Positions 15,301 to 31,741 of a stretch of DNA of 64,000 bases are shown here, one piece after another. Origin of the DNA: the human T2T-CHM13v2.0 reference genome, Homo sapiens. The position numbers and the translations under genes were made by a program. Position 1 is the first letter of the stretch, and each line of letters starts with the position of its first letter. A model generated the notes under the pieces. It was not told the origin of the DNA. It saw nothing but the letters and a program-made list of their open reading frames with translations, and did no database searches. The stretch is taken from the NCBI RefSeq assembly GCF_009914755.1, contig NC_060928.1, one strand, 5' to 3'.

Positions 15301-15843
15301 CCCGTGTTCACCATGATCTTAGTGATAAAATTTCTGTTCTTTTCCATCATTTGGAGTGGTAGGCCTAAGCCCATTTTAAGCTACATTCTGGCTCACTAGA
15401 TCAATTTATCTTAGGTTTATGAAGACACTTCAAATTCATACTGACTTCTCATCGATAACCTTTGTTGATAAATGTCCCAATTCAGAGCTAGGTAGGTAAT
15501 GTGGTTTTTATACTTTTTTGTCACTCGTGGCTCTTCACTGCTGAGAGTTGATTTATTGTATGACCTCTTTGTTTATGTATGCTTTTTGTAGAGGGCCATT
15601 GGTAAAAGTTGCCTGTAATTTAATTTGGTAAGCCTAAGTTAATAAAGCAATTTGTGTAATTATCACCACTTATCTGAATAGTTTGGCAGTCATTCACTGA
15701 TTAACATACTAATATCTTGGGAAGTTTTATGTTTTCTAGACTCTTCTGTACCAAGGAGATGTTACTTTAAAGTAATGTGGTTTGTGTATGTGTGTGGGTT
15801 AGATGAATCAGAAGTTAGACATCTAATAAGCTTTCTATTTCCC

Positions 15844-15981
15844 TTTTTTTTTTTTTTTTTTTTAAGAGACAGGGTCTTCCCATGTTGCCCAGGCTAGTCT
15901 CAAACTCCTGGGATCAGGCAGTCTGCCCACCTCAACCTCCCAAAGTGCTAGAATTACAGGCATGAGCCACTGTGCCTTGCC
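15844..15981 (-). mobile_element. Alu monomer (FLAM-like)
   Basis: Poly-T followed by a single left-arm sequence. Confidence 0.85.
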
Positions 15982-16220
15982 CTCTATTCCATTGTTAGCA
16001 GTGGTTTTCCAGTCATTCTAAAATGGCTTTAATTTTTTTTCTTTAATGGAACAAATACTTAGAGTACCTGTGTGCAGCACAGTGTTGGGAACATTGAGAG
16101 ACATGATAATGCAAGTTCTTAAAAAATAGAACTTGGCCAAGCAGAGCCTCATGGTTGATAAAAGTATATTGCAGTCACTGTGGTGTGCCCATGTTTTTAT
16201 ATGCCAAGCATTTTGCAAGA

Positions 16221-16295
16221 CAGCAGTCCGCAACCTTTTTGGCATCAGGGACCGGTTTCGTGGAAGACAATTTTTCTGTGGACCAGGGGTGGGGG
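16221..16295 (+). mobile_element. MER1-type hAT-Charlie end fragment
   Basis: CAGCAGTCCGCAACCTTTTTGGCATCAGGGACCGGTTTCGTGGAAGACAATTTTTC resembles the MER1 terminus. Confidence 0.75.
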
Positions 16296-16302
16296 TATAA
16301 TC

Positions 16303-16569
<267 letters not shown>

Positions 16570-16609
16570 TAAATCATTTAATGTGTACAATTTGGAGTTG
16601 TAATTATTA

Positions 16610-16945
16610 TTATTTTTATTGTAAAATATAACAAAATTTACCATGTTAATAATTTTTAAGTTTACAGTTCAGTGGCATTAAGTACATTCACAATGTTGTG
16701 CAATCATCGCCACCATCCATCTCTAGACCTTTCATCTTCCTCAATTGAAACTGTGTACCCATTAAACAGTTTCCCTGTTTCCATGGACGCCAGCCCCTGG
16801 CAACTACCATTCTGCTTCTCTGTCTATGAATTTGACCACTCTAGGTAGCTTGTGTAAGTAGAATCATACAATACTTGTCTTTTTGTGTCTGGCTTATTTC
16901 ATTTAGCATTATGTTTTCACAGTACATCCATGTGGTAGAATGTGT
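16610..16945 (-). mobile_element. Old L1 (L1M) 3' fragment
   Basis: Typical motifs gtggcattaagtacattcacaatgttgtgcaa, cagcccctggcaac, gaatcatacaata. Confidence 0.75.
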
Positions 16946-17385
16946 CATTTTATCCCCATTTTACAGCAAAAGAAACTAAACCCAAAGTCGCATAGCTAAT
17001 AAAGTGAAATTGAGATTGACACCAAACCTAAAAGTCAAGTCTGATGAAGTACGATTGATCTTGATTTATTTAGCCTATAGATATTTAGCTTGGGGAAGAG
17101 AACTTTTTGAGTATTTGAAGGACTCTAATAAGGATTATTACTTATATAACTAACTGTTCATCGCTAGACTAATAGGTGTAAATTAGAGGCAGGCAAATTT
17201 TGTTTTAGTAGAAGGAAGAATTTTTTAATAGAGCTGTTTTTGGATGATATGCACTACCCTAAAAAAATTGTTGGAAATAACCTTCAAAAGACTGCTGAAT
17301 GCTCCTGTGGCAGGCGATGTTACAAAGAAGTAAAAAAGTTGAATTGGGTGAATTCTGAGTGTTCTTTTAATTCTGTTGCACTCTA

Positions 17386-17885
<500 letters not shown>

Positions 17886-20800
17886 TCATTATCTTGCCTG
17901 GTGAATAAAAATGAGTTAGCAGGGTATTTAAAAGTCCTCAGCAGTCCAGCGCTAATTTACTTTTTTCCTAGATTTACTTGCTTTTGCCAGAACCTTCAAG
18001 AACATTTATGCCCTTTGGCTTTTGATGTTCATCTGTTTTTTTCTCTTCCTCCTCTTACCAAAATTTTACTTATTCTTCAGGCACAATGCAGATTTTCTTT
18101 CCTTTGTGAAATTCTCCTGAATTTTTAACTTGGTTTACTTCCTCTTCATTGTTAACCTATCACTGTTTATATACCCTTTTTTAGAGTATATTTAACGCAA
18201 CCACCTTGTGCTTTGGTCTGTGTAGTCTAGAATGTGAGCAGTTTAAGCAGAAGGATAGTAGCATATTCATCTTTATGTTTCTGAACAGGACCACAGTGTA
18301 GTAAGAGTTCAGTGACATTAATTTAAATGAAATCAATCTATCAGTGATGTTAGGTTAAAATGAGGCAAAACTGTAAAACAGTGAGACCAGATTTCTTACA
18401 TGACGCTTATGCCAGTTACAGATGAGATACTTCACAGATTCTGAATAATGGCAGTATTGAATGTATACTTTCCCATGATGAATTAAAGAAGAAAATACTG
18501 TCTAGATGTAGTGTGTGATTTTTAAAATAAGTTTAAAAATTAGCCAAAATACTGGCATCGCTCTGTTTAGTAGGATTACAGAAGCACTTTGTTTTAAACT
18601 TCTTTGTACTTTTTGTGATTTCCAAGTTTTCTGATAAGACATGAATTGCTTTTAGAATTTAAAAAATCCTATTGATAAAATTTAAGTCAGTTTTATTACT
18701 CTGTGATCATGTGGGGATCATAATATAACATGATACATTAGAAGCCTTTTTACTTGTAGTTTTCCTTGTTACTTAGTAGTAGTAAGATTATATATCACAG
18801 ATGGATACATTTTGGCTTCAACAAATATGGTTTCATTTATTGAGTAACTGCCATAGGTGGAGCACTGTGCTGTAATGATAGCACATTTTTGATAGAATTG
18901 GAACCCAAGATATGTATTTGATCTTATGATCTATTATTCTTGTTTGTTTTAAATTTAACAATTTAATTGGGCAAAAAAAACATTTATTGAACTGGGTAGC
19001 ACCCAGGACCGAAAGTGATTTAGAATGCTTCTTAGAATGTTCTTAACTTTACACTTAAAAAATTAAATTCCACAAGTGTAACTATTAAAACATTTATCAG
19101 ATCTACCTAAATAAATCATGTAGTCTGTTTTCATGAAAAACACAACTTTGGTTTTTAGGAATATCAGATAAGGAACACCAAAGTTGTATAGCTCACATCC
19201 TGTGAGCCTTCTGGATCACTGATGTTGCTACTGCTCCTCAGTCCCCATCTTTGGGGCCTCCGTGTATTCAAATTCCTATGCCAGATTGCCCAGGGAACCT
19301 GGTGCTGATACCCTGGTAGCCCAAAAAGGCTACTTGCCTTCTACTTCCACTTACGCAGACCCCTGCCTCCTTACCCTTCTGCTAGGAACATATCTATAAC
19401 TATATAAATTCATGTAATTTTGACATTATTTTTTAAAATGGCAATTTGGGCAGTAAATAGCAGAATTAAGTAGTGTCTTAATATAAATGGTTTGCATTAC
19501 CTGAATACACTATTCCTTGTAGTAATTATCTGTACTACCCAGAGCACATTGCATGTGACTCCTGTTGGGCTAATTTTCAGTAGCAAAAATGAATTTGTAA
19601 AATAATGTAGGTTTTAAGGCTTTGGTAATAATAAGTTCTTATTTCACCTCTTTCATTTACTCAAAATTACGTCTTCTGAGATCTTTTGGGATCGAAGTTA
19701 TGGAGGAAATGAACAACTTTAGGACAAACTAGCTTATTTAAGAGGAAGGCTTTAAACTAGGTCTTTAGGAGTGGCTCAGAAATTGCAGAACAGTTTACTT
19801 TGATCTGGGAAAGGTCTCACATTCTGGAATAAAATAGAAATTAGAGACTTTAGAGAAAAAAATATTGATTCTATCTCCTTGAAATATGAAGAATAATAGA
19901 TGCAATATAATGTAGTACCACGGTATCAGATATGAAATTCTTGAAAGTATTTGGAAAGATAAGACAAAGGAAGTTGTATTTAGTTAAAAATCAGGTTTAT
20001 AATTCATGAGGATGAATCAAATCATCTCCCACTTCTGCAGTGTACTAGACTGAAACTCCTCCCCCACACATCCCTCTCCTACTCCATTCAGGAGCTTCTG
20101 CTCCTCTCTCTGTGAGACAGTAAGAAAGTACCCAATTATGTGTGGCTCTTGAGGCTTATTTTGTTTGAAAAGTGTGAATGAGAACCAGGAGTGGGCCAAG
20201 CTAGTCTGTAAGTGACCCTTGACTCCAATAAGCTTGAGGAATGGGATTTAATAGGTACTCTCAAGTTAGGTTTTTAGTATGCATTTAATACCTAATCGGT
20301 ACTATATTCTATAGTGATAATCAGACTAAATTGTGTGTTTTTGCTAATACCTATTTAGTAGATACAGAAAGAGTACTTTAGTAATTTTAGGCTTTGAATG
20401 CTTATATCTTTTGAGTGGGCCTGCTCATTTCTCCTCTGAGTGGGAGATAATGAATCTTGTGTTGACCTGTCACAGTGAAACTCTTATTTGCCATTGGTTA
20501 TACTTAGGACTGATGGTGGAGTGGATTAAGAAGCAAAACCCAAAAAACTGATGAATCCTAGAAACCTGAATCTAGAGGTTTGGAACTTGATGAGCAGGCA
20601 CGGTAAGTCTTGATGGTAGTGCAGCCTGCGAGTGAAAGAGGCTAACAACCTTTATGTGAGGTGTAATAATCTAGTTATATCTTAATTCATCTTCACATTT
20701 CTGTCTAACGCCATGTCTGGCCAGTGGTAACTGCTGTATAAATATTTGTTTAAATTACTGAGTGGAGCATAAGCTTTCAAGGTGTTTAGAGTTTGGTTAG

Positions 20801-21517
20801 GAGACAGAATGAACATAGAATTCTGTTCTCTCTGAAACCAGTAATATTTTCTAGAAGAAAGGTGTATATGGGCTTAAAAGTGAGAGCCGGGACTTTGGAT
20901 TTGGGCACACATGGAAAGGTATTTTTTGCTGTCTGTGAGAATCAACAAGTTTAGGGAAAAGAGCGAGTGATACATTTGAGTAGGGTAGAGAAAAGGCCTG
21001 TGAAGATCTTAACTAAAGGGATGTTTGTTAGGGAACAAGTGAGAAAGCTGAATCATTGGGTTGGAGATCATACTGTGAATGGCCTGTGAAATCTAGGAGG
21101 AGAGTTTTTGAATATTGGAATGCTTTTAACAAAATGGCATTTTGGAGAGGTTAGTGTGGCAATAGTATGTAGGCGAGAACACAAGTCATAGCTACCTTTA
21201 TTGGCTAGAAAACAGCCTCTGAGGTTTGTGTCCACCTCTTCTGCCCTGAAGTATTCAAACCAAAGTATTGAATTCAAACCAAACTATTGAGTCCACAGTG
21301 ATACTCTTTCCATTTCATACCAACTACTTATAATATGTTGCATGAAAACCATCACATCACATCAAGCTAAATGATTAAAGATTAGGCCATTTACCTATGA
21401 AGGAAATAATAGATATCATTTTGGTTTCAAGATTGTTTAGTTCCTCTTAAAAAACATTCACATTGTTTAAAAATGTCATTTTGATCTTATTAATGTTATT
21501 GTAAGGATAATCCCAAA

Positions 21518-21679
21518 CAGGATTCTGCAACCTTGACATTTGGGTCAGATAACTCTTTGTTGTGGGTGCTATCCTGTGTGTTGTAGGATGTCCAGCAGCA
21601 TCCCTGGCCAATCAAAAATGTCTCCAGATGTTGCCAGGTGTCCCTTTGGGGCAAAATTACCACAGGTTAAGAACCATTG
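21518..21679. mobile_element. MER20 (hAT-Charlie) remnant
   Basis: gacatttgggtcagataactctttgttgtggg...aaatgtctccagatgttgcca...ggttaagaaccattg. Confidence 0.8.
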
Positions 21680-21803
21680 CCTTAAAGGATACTTATGGTA
21701 TGGTGTCAACATGACCAGAAATAACTAGTACTGTATTGCAGTAATAAGTTTCGTATTCTAGTTACTTTGCTCCATTTACATTTTCTAAGTCAAAAATAGT
21801 GCT

Positions 21804-22175
21804 TGATATGGTTTGGCTGTGTGTCCCCACCCAAATCTCATCTTGAATTGTACTCCCATAAGCCCCACGTGTTGTGGGAGGGACCTGGTGGGAGATAATT
21901 GACTCATGGGGCGTTTTCCCCTATACTGTTCTCTAGATGGTGAGTTAACTCTCGCAAGATCTGATAGTTTTATCAGAGGTTTCCGCTTTTGTGTCTTCCT
22001 CATTCTCCCTTTGCCTGCTGCAATCCATGTAAGATGTGACTTGCTCCTGCTTGCCTTCCACCATGATTGTGAGGTTTCCCCAGCCTTGTGGAACTGTAAG
22101 TCCAATTAAACCTCTTTTGTAAATTGCCCAGTCTCAGGGATGTCTTTATCAGCAGTGTGAAAACCAACTAATACT
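21804..22175 (+). mobile_element. THE1 (ERVL-MaLR) solo LTR
   Basis: Begins TGATATGGTTTGGCTGTGT..CCCCACCCAAATCTCATCTTGAATTGTA and ends ..TCTTTATCAGCAGTGTGAAAA..CTAATAC. ~370 bp. Confidence 0.9.
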
Positions 22176-23430
22176 GTGTGGTTCTGAAAATTAAGAATAA
22201 GTTAAGGGATTGGGCACTACTTGAGAGTCAATGGAGCACTAACCAGATGAGATGTCAGAACAGTAGATTTAAATTAGAACTGCCTTGGGGAAACTGGAAT
22301 GAATGGTCACCCAAGAAGTAATCATCAGACATTTATTGAGTACCTGCCATAGGTGGAGCACTATCTATCATGGTAAGAAATAGTCATAAGAACTTTGATG
22401 GTTGGAAAGCTTCATGAAAGCTTCAAAAAAGACTTCATGGTCAGTCTTGAAAGGCAAAGTAAGGCTAGGTTAGATTAAAAAAAAGGAAACTTTTTTTTTC
22501 CTTTATAGTGAAAATAACTATGAACAAAGAATCCGTGGGTTAAACTCTCCACGATGCATGAAACAAACATTTATTTGGTCAGTTTGGCTGAAAACAGAAG
22601 GTTTTTTTTACTGGAGTAAAGATCAAAGGACATAGTTTTGAATCTGGTAACACAGGATTTTGAAAACTAAGCTGTGGAGTATATCTGATGGGAAAGTTTT
22701 TAGGCTGTGAAACAGTGGTATGTATATATGTGTTTCAGAGTATAAGTGGTAGAGTGTAGATAGATTGGAAATATGAAAGTCTGCTAGGTATGGAGAAAAC
22801 AGTTAAGATTATTGTAACAGTCCGTACTTGATGAGATGGGGCCTAGACTAGAGCAAGGTCAGTGGAAATGAAAAGGAAGGGATGGATTTAATAAGGATTA
22901 GTGAATCAATAGGATATGTTAATTGAATATGTAGAGAGAAAACAGTCGACATTGGCTCAAAAATTTTCATTTATTGATTGGAAAAGATGATGCTATTTTG
23001 AGGGTTTTTGGGGGGATGTCCGTAAGAAGCAGTTTAGAGCTCTGTGACTGACACCAAGGAGAAAGATTAGAACTATCAGAAAATTATGTATGTCCAAAAA
23101 CCAATAGTTGGTTATGGCAAAACAGCAACAAAAACTTTCAAATTAAAAAAAAAAGTTATCTGATAAACATAGAATAAAATAGTAGGAACAAGTATTTAGT
23201 TGTATCTTAAGAGTTGATAGAATAACAAAAAGATCCTGGGCTATATAAAGTGAAGGAATAGAAGAGCTCATTTTTACACTCTGTGCATTTTCAGACCCTC
23301 AAATCATCACTTCTAGCTTGGGTGATTAAACTGTTGTAAGTGATATAGAAAAAACTGATGGGAAAGGGAAAAAGTTAAGGGATTAGAGTGGTTAAACTTA
23401 GCCTCTTAGAGAAATTGGGCTATAATTTGA

Positions 23431-23817
<387 letters not shown>

Positions 23818-23904
23818 TAAAATAGGAAAAATTTGATTCAGTTGATCTACAGCTGGTAACCGAATGGTTAGGACCAAGAAAAAAATGTAAAATTTTCTTT
23901 TCTT

Positions 23905-24187
23905 TTCTTTTTTTCTTTTTTTTTGAGAAGGAGTCTTGCTCTTGTCACCCAGGCTGGAGTGCTGTGGCACCATATCAGCTCACTGCAACCTCCGCCTCCC
24001 GATTTCAAGCGATTCTCCTGCAGGGATTACAGGCGACTGCCACCATACCTGGCTGATTTTTGTGTTTTTAGTAGAGGTGGGGTTTCGCCATGTTGGCCAG
24101 GCTGGTCTCTAATTCCTGACCTCGTGATCCGCCTGCCTCAGCCTCCTGAAGTGCTGGGATTACAGGCGTGAGCCACTACACCCAGCC
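23905..24187 (-). mobile_element. Alu with internal deletion
   Basis: Reverse-complement Alu lacking the cctcagcctcccgagtagct segment. Confidence 0.9.
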
Positions 24188-25383
24188 AAAAATTTTCATT
24201 GTTATATTTCAGGAAAAAAATGCCACGCTCTCTTATGATTCTTCATACTTACTTCCTTGCATTCCTTTTCTACTGTGTGCCAGGAAGTTTTCTTTGGGGG
24301 TGAGGAGGCATAAGGGATGATGTGAAATATTCTTATTCCTGTTCTTGAGAAGCTTAGAATCCCATGTGAAGACTGTTATAAAATTATATAGAAATTGGGT
24401 ATATACGCAGAATCACAAACTCTAACAATGGAGAATTAGATTAGGTTTTCTTTTAGGACAATGTCAATTCTAGTAATACTATTCCTTCTTCCCCCCAAGT
24501 GTATTTTGTGCTTTCTGATCATCTCAGAATACAGTATAGTTCAGGAATCCTCACATACCTGTTCTTATTTTTATATATAATTCAAAAGAAAAAAGGAAGA
24601 GAATGTCTAGCCTGGTATTCTTAAATATTAACTTTAGTTGTATAAACAGAATACAGTATACCCGTCTCTCTTACCTCCTACTCTGGCATGTAACATAAAA
24701 ATATGTTAAACTTTCTTTAGCACTTCAATGTTAAGGTTAAACACGTATTTAATATACACATTTTATATGTTTATAAATATATAAATGTAGATTATATCTA
24801 ATTACATATATTTATATTTTTCTCATTCTTACCTGGTTTATATTTTCACAAAGTTGGTAAAATATTTTAATTTTATTATAACTCAAAATAATTTTAGAAT
24901 CTATAGGAATACTACAGATAGAAAATTCTGAGATGACAATTTTTTAATCTTTACTGTGTTAATAAACCTTTGTTATCAGTGTTTTGTGGGTTCGAACTTT
25001 ATGTTTCTGTATCTTTTCCAAGATAATTTATTTGTAGATGCTTTATCAACAGTATGAAAAAGTGTTAATTTTTTAAACCTAAATCATTAAGTTGACAAAC
25101 TATTAAAAGTCATTATAGCAGTATGCATTATCATCTTGGATTTGAAGAATATATCATTTGCTGAAAATATGACGTTTTAGCCAGGAACTAACATGTTCTA
25201 TGGGTAAGATCCTGTTTTAGCCACTAAAAAGCAAAGTACTCTAAAATAAACTGCATGGATTATGCATGTTTGTAATGTTTATATGTATATATTATATATG
25301 CACATATCCATACATATACCCATGTGTGTTTTCTATGGACTAAAAACTTCTTGTGTTAGTAATTGCTATCTATATATGCAGTT

Positions 25384-25518
25384 GTAGCTGAAAAGATCTG
25401 TACTAGTAGCTGAAAAGATCTGTACTAGTAGCTGAAAAGATCTGTACTAGTAGCTGAAAAGATATGTACTAGTAGCTGAAAAGATCTGTACTAGTAGCTG
25501 AAAAGATACGTGCTAGTA
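25384..25518. repeat. 22-bp minisatellite (GTAGCTGAAAAGATCTGTACTA) x6
   Basis: Units start at 25384, 25406, 25428, 25450, 25472 and 25494. Four are perfect copies. Confidence 0.97.
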
Positions 25519-26383
25519 TACATAAAGACTGTATTGCAGCTATTGCCACAATTTGCAAGTCTGGAATAGTTTGAGACTCCCTGTCTTCCTGATGTCTTCT
25601 CTCAAAAAGAAGCAACTCAGTTTCTGATTGATGCAGTCTAGGTTGGTCTCACTGTAACTAGTGTTTCCCAGCATTCCCAGGTGCATAGTTATGGTTCAGC
25701 ACTAGAAGTTTGTTTTTTAAAGACTTAATTCTGAACCTCAAGTTTAGTGACACTTCAAGGAATATCAAAATTGTTTTGATTCTCTTAAAATTAAAAAAAC
25801 CATGCCATACTGGAATGGGAATAAAGTGAGTCATGAAATGAAAATGGAATCATAATAGCTATTTCTAAAAATTTGAAATATTTTAAAAGGTTATCTTCAG
25901 TTTACTCTGCTTGCTTTGCACTGTTTTTTGGGTTCACTGTGTTGTGTTGTGTTCTGTCACACATACTGTTTATATACACATATATTCTACCCTGCAACTA
26001 ATGTCACTTCAGTGCTTGAAAATAGCTCTGTTCTAAAACTTTATTAATGAGTTTGCCTTGCTAATAATTATTAGTATTATTGATAATATTTTTAATATTC
26101 CTCTAAAAACCAGAAGAACATATTATATATATATTTATATAAGTATAGTATTATATATCTTTTAGTTAGCTGATGGGCCAAATATAATAATAAAATAGCA
26201 CTATGAACAATCTAGAAGTTCAAAAAGACGCCGTATATTTGAACTGAATATGTTTTTCTTCAACTTAATTGTGATTTTTGGTTGTAGTAGTAGGTGGGAT
26301 TGATTGAAACCTTATATTTTATAGTTGGTAAGGCTTAAGAGAGCAGGGAACATTGTGGCTGTTAAAATGATTATATTTAAGTC

Positions 26384-27010
<627 letters not shown>

Positions 27011-27064
27011 TAAAGTCTTTAACTTAGGAATCTTTTATATTCTTTTTTAGCAATGCTATTAGGC

Positions 27065-27310
27065 AGTAAAGTATAATATTTAAGAGTACTGCTTCTGGAG
27101 CACTTTTGGTTTTGCCATTTAATAGCTGTGCCACCTTGGACAAGTTACTTACCTCACTTGTCTCAGTGACCTCATCTGTAGAATGGAGATTATAATAATA
27201 CATATCTTATAATTTTGTAATGAAGATTGAAAGAGTTACTATATTTAAAACACTGAAGCAGTGCCTGACATGTAATGAGCATTTGATACAGTATAAATTA
27301 TAATAATTAC
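27065..27310 (+). mobile_element. MIR
   Basis: ccttggacaagttactt..ctcatctgtagaatggagattataata core. Confidence 0.75.
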
Positions 27311-27331
27311 TGTTACATTGACTAACAAAGC

Positions 27332-27623
<292 letters not shown>

Positions 27624-27701
27624 CAACAAAGCTTGTTAAAGCATTATAAGCAATGTATCCTAATGGTTTAGAATTATTAAATTATATTTGCTTGTGAGTA
27701 A

Positions 27702-28053
<352 letters not shown>

Positions 28054-28881
28054 TAAAGTTTTTTTAATGATAGAATTATTAAAATGGAAACAAATTACAA
28101 TCTCAAAGTGGCCACTTTAATTTACTTTGGTATCCTCCCTTTATCTCTTTTCATATTGCTTTTTTATTCAGTGTGAATTCAGATCCAAATATTTGAACAT
28201 GTATAAGTGTCTGTGTTGGGGATTCTGCATTGAACGTTGTGAAGACAGTGTCTGTTCTTTTGCACTGAATGTACCTTACTCAGTGAATAGGTAGAGGGGG
28301 ATGATTTAGGGGTAGTAAAAGTCTGATTATTTTCCTCAGCCTGTAAAAAATTTGCATCTAAAGAAATTTATTTCAATAATGCTTTTAATATAACTTTTAT
28401 TTTTATCTTAAATTTAAATCATTTTTGTCCTTGGCTTCAGTAGCCTACTTTCAGCTGGCTACAATATGAAAAGTGATTACTGCGGTTACCACAGATTCAG
28501 CAAAGTAACTCCTGTCTCCCTTCCTCTCCCCATTATTTACTTATTAATATATGTCTATGTGAAGAAATATATTAACAATGTGAAGAAAAGTCTGGAGAGA
28601 CATACTCCAAATTGTAAATAATTTTGGAGTGTAATTTTGGTAGAGAAAGGGAGGTTATTATCATTTCTTATATTTGTACATTTCCATATTACTGAAAGTT
28701 ATTACACTTAAAGAAATAGTTATATTCTTAGTTGTCTTTAATCACCATATTATACAGGTATGTGTGACATATGGGCCAAAATATGACTTCTTATTGTAAG
28801 CTTTATATAACTTTATTCTTAATTACATTTCTAATAACTCAGTATTTAACAGTATACTTAAATTGTATTTAATAGTGGTTA

Positions 28882-29205
<324 letters not shown>

Positions 29206-29316
29206 CTAAGGGAAAAAGTGGCATTTTGAAAGGCCAGTTTATTCCTATCACATTTTGACAGCTTTATCAAGATGTTATTTATATACCATAAAATGCACAC
29301 GTTTAAAGTGTACTGT

Positions 29317-29636
29317 GGGCTGGGCAGGGTGGCTCATGCTTGTAATCCCAGCACTTTGGGAGGCTGAAGTGGGTGGATTACTTGAGGTCAGGAGTTTGAG
29401 ACCAGCCTGCCAACTTGGGAAAACCTGGTCTCTACCAAAAATACAAACATTAGCCAGCATGGTGGTGTGCACGCTTGTAATTCCAGCTACTCAGGAGCCT
29501 GAGGCATGAGAATCACTTGAACCTGGGAGACGGAGGTTGCTGTGAGCTGAGATTGTACCACTACACTCTAGCTTGGGTGATGAAGTGAGACTCTGTCTCC
29601 AAAAAAAATTAAAAAAAACATAAATAGATAAGAAAT
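29317..29636 (+). mobile_element. Alu inserted in an old L1M 3' fragment (~29250-29940, minus)
   Basis: TSD aaagtgtactgtgg on both sides; flanks are L1M-like. Confidence 0.88.
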
Positions 29637-31384
29637 AAAGTGTACTGTGGTTTTCAGTGTTCAGTAGTTTTTAACGTATTCACAGAATAGTACAACCATC
29701 ACCATAATTTAGTTTTATAGTATTTTCAGCATACTGAAAAGAAACCCTGTGCTCATTAGTAGTCATTTCCCATTCCTTCTCTCCACCCCCTCATCTATCC
29801 CCAGGCAACCACTGATCAACTTGTCTCAGATTTGCCTATTCTAGACATTCCATATCAATGGTATCATACAATCTGCGATGTTTTGTGACTGGCTTCTTTT
29901 ACTTAGCATAATGTTTGAAGTTCATGTGTAGCATTTTTATTGCCTCCAACACATTTTTAAATGTCTCTTTTCAAATTATAAATACCAACTCAAAAAATTC
30001 AAACAGGACAAAAATGAATAAAATATAGTCTCTTATTAGAATGGGCGTAAGGGATAGAATTTCCTTTTTGACAGGGCAATCTAAATGTCTACAAAGATTC
30101 TTTCTTAAAACATTTTGCATCAATGTTGTACATAGTGGAGACACTTAATATGATCTTACTGGAGATGTTCCAGGAAGGTTTTCCTGAAGAATTGAAATTT
30201 AAGCTGATACCCAATAGAAAATAGAGAAGAGCTGGATGAACTTGAGCAGGGGAGGGTGAGGTAAGCAAAAAAGTGGAATGAAACTTGTTGCAAGGGGAAC
30301 AACATGCACAAATGACCTAGAAGCAAAAGTGTTGAGCTTTCCAGGAATAGAAATTAATTCCATATGGCTGCTATTTAAATATGTGTGGTGGAGGAAGGTG
30401 AGAAATGAAGCTAAAGAAGAACTACAACAGTTAAATCATTGGTTAGGTCTCTAGAGCTGTGGGGATCATTTTTAGAAAAAAACTCCATCTTAAGGGCAGA
30501 GGGAAACTGGCACAGAATTTTTAGCAAAAGAATACTAATAAAGTCAGATTTGTGTTTTAGAAAACACTGGCTGCAGTGTACAAGATGAATTTGAAGAGCA
30601 GGCAAGTCCAGAGATTTGCAAAATTAAAAAGATTTTTTTTTTCCAAAATTGTTTTATCCGTTCTTTGGCCTTTGCATTTTTATATAAATTTTAGGATCAG
30701 CTTGTCAATTTCTGCTAAAAATGCCTGCTGAGGTTTTCTAGGGATATGTTGATTCTAAAGGTCAGTTTGATGGAGTTAACATCTTGTCAGTCTTATGTTC
30801 AGATCTATAAACATGGTGTATTTTTTCATATGTCTTCTTTTAATTTCTCTCAGCAGTGTTTTGTAGTTTGCAGTGTACATCTTGCATTTCATGTGTTAAA
30901 TTTATTCCTGAGTATTTTATTCCTTTTGATGCTGTTGTAAATGAAATTGTTATATCTATTTCATATTCAGGTCATTTATTGATAGTGTTTAGAAATACAA
31001 TTTTTTGCTTATTGATCTTGTGTCTTGTGACCTTGCAGAACACATTTATTATTTCTTTTTAAGAGTTTTATAATGGATTTTCTATATGCAGGATCATGTC
31101 TGCGATTAAACATGTTTTACTTCTTTCTTTTCAATCAGGATGCCTTTAGTTTTTTTTTTTCTTGCCTTATTGTACTGTATATTATTTAATAAAAGTATGA
31201 GAGTGTACATCTTGATCTTGTTCCTAGTCTTAGGAGAAACTATTTGGTCTTTTACCATTAAGTCTGTTTTTGTGAAAGAGTTTGTGTAGGATTGGTATTG
31301 GCATTATTTCCTTAATATTTGATAGAATTAATATGTGAAAACATGTGGACTTGAACTTTTCTTTCTGGGAAGGTTTTTAAATTT

Positions 31385-31726
31385 ATTTATTTCTCTCTCT
31401 CTCTCTGTCTCTGTCTCCCTTTCTCTCTCTCTTTTTTTTTTTTTTGGACAGAGTCTTGTTCTGTCGCCCAGGGTGGAGTGCAGTGGCTCAGTCTTGGGTC
31501 ACTACAACCTCTGACTCCTAGGTTCAAGCGATTCTCCTGCCTCAGCCTCCCAAGTAGCTGGGGCTACAGGCACGTGCTACCATGCCCGGCTACATTTTTT
31601 TTTTTTTTAGTAGAAACAGGGTTTCACCGTGTTAGCCAGGATGGTCTCGATCTACTGACCTTGTGATCCGCCCACCTCAGCCTCCCAAAGTGCTGGGATT
31701 ATAGGTGTGAGCCACCATGCCAGGCT
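31385..31726 (-). mobile_element. Alu (AluSc/Y-like) with CT-rich tail, abutting the SVA
   Basis: TSD ggtttttaaattt at 31372-31384 and 31727-31739. Confidence 0.9.
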
Positions 31727-31741
31727 GGTTTTTAAATTTCT

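Noticed and set aside
25384-25518. 22-bp repeats as a CRISPR array or cloning artefact (BglII/SpeI sites)
   Set aside because: Units are head-to-tail with no spacers, there are no cas genes, the context is a eukaryotic intron, and degenerate units fit a natural minisatellite.
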